Assembly (NCBI GenBank): GCA_964247055.1
Contig: OZ176055.1
Coordinates: forward strand, 8,804,001-8,868,000
Length of the DNA: 64,000 nucleotides
Direction: 5' to 3'
Origin: Paragordius varius
Taxonomy: Eukaryota; Animalia; Nematomorpha
Shown here: positions 24,192 through 64,000 of the stretch, piece by piece
Position numbering within the stretch: the first letter of the stretch is position 1
How the letters are laid out: the number at the start of each line of letters is the position of its first letter
The notes under the pieces: model-generated
What the model was told of the DNA's origin: nothing
Database searches by the model: none
The model's input: only the letters and a program-made list of their open reading frames with translations
Made by a program: the position numbers and the translations under genes

Positions 24192-25989
24192 TATTGGTTG
24201 AATCGGTGTGTTTTATAATTTAAAAAATTTGCAATGAAAATGGCAAAAAAGGGTGAAAAGTATCAACTCACAAAATATGTCTGCAAAAGGAATACTTACT
24301 ATCAATAATTTTAAAATTAATTATAATTTTTTATACTATGTTTCAATTCTTTTATAAGATTACGCATAACCTTATAAAAAGCATTATTATAATGTAATTA
24401 TTATTATATATTTTTTACCGTTATATATTATCGATTTCTGATAAAAAAATAAACAGTATATATTGTGTTAAAAGCGCATACTACTGTGCTTATGTACTTT
24501 GAATGCATGTGATTTATAAAAAAATATATATATTTGTGATAGAAAAATATATATACAATGTTTCATAATCTGAGGTACACGTAGGTGTTAAATATTTTTA
24601 TATTTTTTAGTTTTTATATATTAAATAAAACAGCTAGAAAGGAGATCAATTTGTGTGCGAATGTACAGTTGAATATACGCCATGTCTTTGGTTTATGTCT
24701 TATTGAAAAGTCAAAAATAGACGTTATGAAAAAAGCCGTTTTAAAAAATGATTTATGTATCTGATTGTTTTTTGATAACATCCCAATGGTAAAAAACCGT
24801 CAATTAGGTCTGCTTTTTTGTGGATTAATCAACTTTAAATATTTTTATTGAGTCAAAGATTTTTTGCAAATTTTAAGTCAGTTAGGTTAAAAAACATTTT
24901 ATTGTAAAGTTTGGATTTCATTTTCATAAATTGTGCATTATATTAACTGTCATGTTAATTATAGTAATAGATGATTAAAGATAATTTAACGTGTAATTCC
25001 GCTAATGGGAGAAAAATTGAATATACATCATTTTTTAATTGCATATAGAACATTAAATGAAACTGACAAATATCGATTTTCTCATACACGCCCTTACCCT
25101 AAAGGCATATATTGTATTTGCATGACGGTGAAATATTTATTTATACATTATATTTTCGTAAATTACATATGTTAAAATTTGTTTTATAGATTTTAACCTT
25201 ATAAATCAATAAAAAAATCATTTGATTAAGATTTTTACGGAACATAACCAGAAAAATCATATATTATAAATCTTGTGAAATGCGTTTATAAGGTAAAACA
25301 TTAAAATTAATTTGCACTGTAAAATAACTTAATTATGAGTCACAGACCAGGCTTAACATGTGACATTAATTATACGTATAAATATACTATGCGTGCATTT
25401 TTATTTTCTTTATTCATAAAAGAGCCATTTTATTACAACAGAAAGAATATACTATATAAACAATTTGCTTTGCTTTTATACGTATATATTTTGTTTATTT
25501 TAAAAAAATAAAGAGGGAAATAATAAAAACGTATAAACAAAAAAAAAATGGTGGAATTACAATAAAAACGTTTTTTTTCTTTCCATATCGCTTTAAAATT
25601 TGTAATTTTTCTAACAATTTTTTTAATGTGAAAAATATTTTTTTATCTAGATATACATACACATATTTATGTATAATATGAATGAGATACCATGCTTTTA
25701 TTACAATATGTACTATTCCAGTTCAATTTTCACACACAACAAAAGTTTGTGTTATCAATACCGATCAAATAGGTTAAATTTCTTTACTATATTATTATAC
25801 TTTACATCTATCTTATTTGTAAAGTAAATATGTTGATTATACCGCTATTTGTTTATATTTTTTGTTTCTGGAAAGATCTATATTCGATTCCCATATGATC
25901 ATTTAATTCGGAATTCGTCTGCCAACATGCCATATTATTCATTGCGTTGAGTCATGAAGATAATTTTTTCCTAGAGGCATATATACTAA

Positions 25990-28900
25990 ATGAAATACTT
26001 ACCACAAAAATCAAGTTATGTCAAAGCCATGAATAATAGAAATGGTATTAAGAATTCTTGGATTTTGGACCACCATTCCAACTTAAATTCTTTTCAAAAG
26101 GACATTATTCTAAACGATTCCAAAGTGTTACCTTTATCGCCTCCGGCTTCAGATCACTCACCTTTCACGTTTCCTGAGGGGAGTAGTGATTTTGAAGTTG
26201 CGACCGAACTTTCTGATTCTCGTTCCTACACCGATATATCCAAAATGGGTAAAAATGAAACTGCTGCTTTAAATGGTGATTGTATTAAAAAGTCAGATAT
26301 ATTACAGCTAACAAATATTGCTTTGTCACCCAAAAGTGAGTTGGAGGTAATAAATGGTTCCGATGACATTTTATCCAACATGTTATCGTCCCTTCCGATA
26401 CCCAATATAACCTCTACTGCCCCATTAAATTTTGAACAAACGAAAAATAATTTAAAGTATGAAGCTCTTTTACATCAACAAACATCTACGTATGACCGAA
26501 TCAAATTTTTGCTTGAAACTGTTCGTAAACTTCAACAAAAGATTGTTGTAAACAACTTGCCGATAAATGGTAACAAGAGTCACAAGCTATTACAATACGC
26601 TCAAAATTTTGATCCAGAATTAACGGAAAACAGTTCGGAGGATGAGTCAGCTGAACCAGACGATATGTAAAAATATTTATCATTTTTCAAAAATTTAATG
26701 TTGTTCATGTAATTTTTTTATATCTTTAAATACAGAAGTCAAACATATCTTGCATGGGAACAAACTAGATCATCATACGCTAAACGATGGATATGGTTAC
26801 AACATCAAATCCTAGATCTCGATATGAAAATCAATCATCAAAAAGATATAAATAAACACCTTAAAGCTGTTAAATCATCTTTCATCCCACAATTAGAGAA
26901 TCAATTTATTGCGGATAATTATACTTCCATCAACACATGTGCTCGATGTAGACCCCTATCTTTACCACACCCTAAACGACACTTTTATTACAGAAATTTG
27001 CCTTTTAGCCATTCTTCCTATTCGTATCAAAGTTCATCTTCGCAAATTATGCACCCTAATTTAAGTTCTGGTATTGGATATTCAAGTTTTTTAACTCAAA
27101 TTTATCTATAGATTCCCTTTTAAACATTCTAAATTATACTATGAAACGCAAATCTTTTGTCTTGGAAGCCTATGCCAAAAACAAGTTTATTATATTCATT
27201 AAACTAATTTTTACTTATATTCATATTAGGAGTAGTACCGGCAGTTTTTCGAGAAATTTGTCGAATTCGACCCTTGGTCCAAGTTAAATTTATGTTTTAA
27301 TCTCCTTACTTTTCTATAGAACCGGAAAATTTAAATCAAAATTGTTTACAACATAATAATGCCAAAGGAAAAAAGACGCCATCATCTTTTCCACCCAAGA
27401 AGAAATTAATTGCGACAACACATAATTTAGTTTCTTCACATCCCTCCACTTCCTATTCAACTTATAATCCCCCAAATATAAAAAGTACAGTAAAAGCAAT
27501 AGTACAAGGAATTTTAAATTAGTAAATGTTTAGGGAGATTGACATAAGAATTTAAATTATTTTAATTCTTAATAAATATATTTTTAAAGCCATACTATTC
27601 ACTTTTTGTTTTTACTGTATATATATCATTCATGGTCATACAAACTTTACCACACTTATTTTATGTGTAGATCGAAATTATTCATATGACATTGATGATA
27701 TGGATATTTCTTTTAACAATTCTCAAACTAACATAATCATTCCCCATTACAAAGAAATTAGGACCCCGAGATGGGTTGATTCATATAACACAACATTAAA
27801 CGCTACAACAGCACAACCAACCATAATAAATCTAAACACTACCAATTCAGTATATTTTTTAATAGATTTTTTGATATAAAGTTTTAATTTTAACTTTAAA
27901 CTAAAGTTTTGTAATAACTCCCTCCTTTCGATTAATATATATGTATACTATAAGTTTTTAACACGGTATTTATTTACTTAGCCTTTTTATTTTTTGAAAT
28001 ATAATAGATAGGTAGGTAGGCAGGTAGATATACAATATATATAGTAATGATAACAATATTTGGCTTTGTTAAACTATTATATTGCATATATGCCTGTTTA
28101 TAATGTTTACACAAGTATAAAGTTGTCCAAATATAAATGTTTGGGTGACGATGTTTTTTGATATTAGCCAAGTATTTATAAAACACATTTAACAATTGAA
28201 CGCTTTCTAATTGATAGGATATGGATTTTAGAATCTTTTTTTTAAAAATTAATAAATTTTGTTTAAAATACATGGGTGTCATTTAAAATATAAGGTACAG
28301 TAGTGTATTCCTTAATGATTTTTTTTGTCATTAAAAAATAACCTCTCAAATTAGTTTAGCATAAATTTCGACTGGAAATGTACACATTTGGATTGAAAAT
28401 GTACATTGATGTTCCTCCTTTTACAGTTCGAATTCGCCCTTAAACAATTTTCAAATTCACCCTCGAACAATTCGAATTCATCCTAAAATAAATTATGTGT
28501 TTTTTTAAGATTAAAATTAACTATATTTTTAGTTTTAAAATATGAATTTAGGTCTAATAATAAGGCTGAAAAAAACTAAGCCATAAGAATATTAATAATT
28601 TATTTTTAGGGTGAAATTGTTCAAGGGGAATTGTCAATGGGTAATTTGAATTAATAATCGTATATTGAAAAAAGTAAAGATTATAAAATAAAATGCTGTT
28701 CAATTGTTTTTTAACAATAAAAGAGTATTGTGATTTCCAAATATTATATGACTAGATCTTTGAATAATTTTTTTATCCTAGATGATTGGAAAAAGCTTGA
28801 GTAATTGTGTATGCAAGACCATATTTTTTTTTCATCTTTATATATATATATATATACATATTTGCAATTATTAGAAACACTTATTTTTTTACCTGTTCTG

Positions 28901-29856
28901 AGAATTATTATTTTCATTTGCTTATTTTAAATTTTTTTTTCAAAAACAATCAATCCTTTCAAATCAATCTTTATAAAATATTCATTTATATGTAATTTTA
29001 GATCATCAAAATGACTTGCAATGATGAAGATGCTATCCTTCAAGCCCACACCAAATATCGTATTAAAGAACGTTTAGATCGAACACTCTTGCTAAAAACG
29101 CAAAACAGTCATCGAAAACAATCACATCAGCCCAATACTAATAATATGTCACATCAAAGTCAAGTTAATACACCGCCCCCCTTATCTTGTGAACAACTCG
29201 ATAATAAAAGTTTTTCTTCAACGAATTCATCTACAACCAATATTTTGAATGAAATTAGTAAAACAACAACAAGTTATCAAAATGGAATAATGGATAATGA
29301 AAATTTTAATACTGATATTATTTCGGTTGTTGAAAAATTATCAGATAATATGCAACCTAAAATAACTATCCATGATTTCTTACGCGAAAATAATAAAATA
29401 CAGAATACTACTTACAGTCAAATCACTAATAATCATTTATTTGGTGAACATAACAGAACATCAGTAAATTGCGACAATTTTACGACAAATTATTACCATA
29501 ATAATCATAATAATAAACACCAAATGGGTATAATGAAAACGAGCTCTGCGTCATCGTATGGATATGAACCACGCATTTTCCCATTATCCGATGCCGATTT
29601 TAAATGGTTCCTACAAGATTGTAACTCTAACATCGATTATTTAGATGCCATTTTATTTCAACAACAGAATAATTCGTCCGTAAATATTGACGACGTTAAA
29701 ATAGACGACATTAGTCAACAAATGAAATCAAATTTAACAGAAAATGAATCAATTAAGACTGGGAATGTTAACATAAAAACTGATATTAATCATATAAATA
29801 ATCCTATATCTTTAGCAGCAAACTGTGATGATTTAATTGCCAATACTATTACATAA
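25990..29856 (+). CDS. KANSL1: KAT8 regulatory NSL complex subunit 1 (KANSL1/Nsl1)-like, PEHE domain, about 778 aa
   Basis: Exons 25990-26666, 26736-27070 (or -27085), 27112-27184, 27230-27282, 27320-27484, 27671-27849, optional 28782-28808, 29002-29856; frame closes. Motifs: DPELTENSSEDES, WEQTRSSYAKRWIWLQHQILDLDMKINHQKDI, WIN-like CARCRPL, YDIDDMDISF...YKEIRTPRW, PEHE-like DEDAILQAHTKYRIKER. In-frame TAA immediately before the ATG. Middle exon boundaries less certain. Confidence 0.78.
28420..28652. mobile_element. MITE family A in a KANSL1 intron
   Basis: TTTACAGTTCGAATTCGCCC...CAAATTCACCCTCGAACAATTC / TAGGGTGAAATTGTTCAAGGGG. Confidence 0.75.
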
Positions 29857-31241
29857 ATATATATCATTTTTTTATCACCATTAATATTCATATGTATAAT
29901 ATCCATATTAATACAACTAATGATACAATATCATTAACATACATATATTTTTTAGATTATTGTATGCAACATAGATAAATAGATATAAGCTTTTTTTTTC
30001 ATATTATTGTAATAAAAGTTTTTTGAATTGTGAAATAAATTACAATAATTACTACCATATTACAAATATATATTAACCTGTGACTAATTTGGCTATATTA
30101 AGTGTAAATTTTTATAAGGATTTTTTAGTGACAAGAAAAGGTATTATTTGGAGTAAAATATTAGTTTCCTAATAAAAATAAAAATCAGCTTTTAAAACCC
30201 GTACAATTATTATTTTTTTCTACCCTGTTATGGATGCAAATTATTTCAGGTAACACTCTAAGTTTTTAAAATGCAGAAAGGCGCTTAGAAATCAATATGT
30301 ATTAAAATAAAAAAATCTCCTTAAATTTTATCTATACAGTTAGTGTTAGCTTTTCTTAAATATTTGCCAATATAGTTATCTTTCAGCTAAATTTAAGTAA
30401 TATTCATTTTCCGTAAAAAATCGCGTAAATACCAAAATGTCGTCCAATCTATAAATTATTAATTAATTATTAATCGACTTTATATACTACATTTGATAAA
30501 ATCAAAAAATTTGAGCAACACTCTGAAAGTATTAAAGAGCCAATTTAAAACATTTTTAAACTTATTATAATAATCTAATGTTTTTAATTCTCTAGGAATT
30601 TGAATAACTTTTCCGTTTTCCAAAGCAAACCACCTCTAATAATTTATCTATTCGACCATTCATTAAAAAGAATTTCTTCACACATACAAAGTTATATTTG
30701 ATATATATTTATATTTATTGTAAATATAGTATTCATAAAAAAAATAAAAATATAATTGATATTGCACATTACAGTATATATACATTTTAAATGCTAACCA
30801 AGATTATAAACTATACACAGTAATACTGACAGAATAACTTTATATGAGTAATTGGATATTTAACATATTCATAAAAGTGATTACAGTTAAAATTAAAATT
30901 TTAAAAAACACAACACAAAAAACAAAGACAAATACTTTTTATTAAAATCATATTTTTTTAAACCTTGATTTTTTTAATATATCCTATCTTTTTGTTTGCG
31001 AAATTGGAATTAAGATGTAAATTGGTAACAAACTCAATTATATACCACACTATTGTAATCATTTATGTTATATTGAAAAAATCAAGGATAAATATGTGTT
31101 CTTACTAAAATATTATAAGTCTTCAAGTTTTTACGTTTTGTCATTTCATTTTATTGTGAAATATATTCTCAAAAATAGGTTTTGTACAGTATATTCAATG
31201 CTATTTTTTTCCGGTTACAAATTATTCTTAAAAACGTAAAG

Positions 31242-63576
<32,335 letters not shown>

Positions 63577-63799
63577 CTGGATAAATATAATATATATTTT
63601 AAAATAAAAATAATTAAATATTAAAAAACATAAAAAATTAATTTTTTTTGTATAAGAATACAATATATATTATTATTTGATCCTCAATTTTAGTTTTTAT
63701 AACCTTTGGGAAAAAAGTTATGAATGGGAAATTAAAAACTTTCTAATAACTATGAGTTTAATAAAAAAAATAAATAAATCTATAAATATATATATATTT

Positions 63800-64000
63800 T
63801 ACAGTAAAAATTTAAATTATACGGACAAAATGTGTGAAAGAAAATATAAAGACAAATATTTTTTATCTAACAGACAACCATACTTTTTAAATCTTGTTTT
63901 TTTTGAATATAAACTATTGTTTTATACTGCAAACTATAATATATAGTAATGTAAATTGCTAACACAATCAATTATGTATTTTACGATTAAAACTAAATGT
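63800..64000. mobile_element. MITE family B, truncated by window edge
   Basis: TACAGTAAAAATTTAAATTATACGGACAAAATG...AGACAACCATACTTTTT. Confidence 0.85.

Overview
Very AT-rich animal genomic DNA (spliced genes, no prokaryotic features; species not identifiable from sequence alone). By hand-splicing I reconstruct three genes. (1) A HIP1/HIP1R/Sla2-family endocytic adaptor on the minus strand (20 coding exons, 15309->443; last exon not resolved). (2) A KANSL1/Nsl1-like subunit of the NSL/MOF acetyltransferase complex on the plus strand (25990-29856). (3) The sodium leak channel NALCN on the minus strand (38 coding exons, 63576->31242; 5' exons lie beyond the window), with an E-E-K-E filter. Introns are filled with at least three TA-flanked MITE families, non-autonomous Helitrons, (TA)n microsatellites and one dead Penelope-like retroelement. 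The most unusual signals concern splicing. Four consecutive HIP1 introns are only 27-30 nt and must be removed to keep the frame. A Penelope insertion has a 14-bp target-site duplication that copied an exon/donor junction, creating an AG|GT ratchet-like site. Several ~150-200-bp tandem arrays in NALCN introns are built from copies of the neighbouring exon-intron junction, producing rows of decoy splice sites and potential pseudo-exons. Gene identities come from recalled family motifs, not a database search. All splice models are predictions needing RNA-seq.
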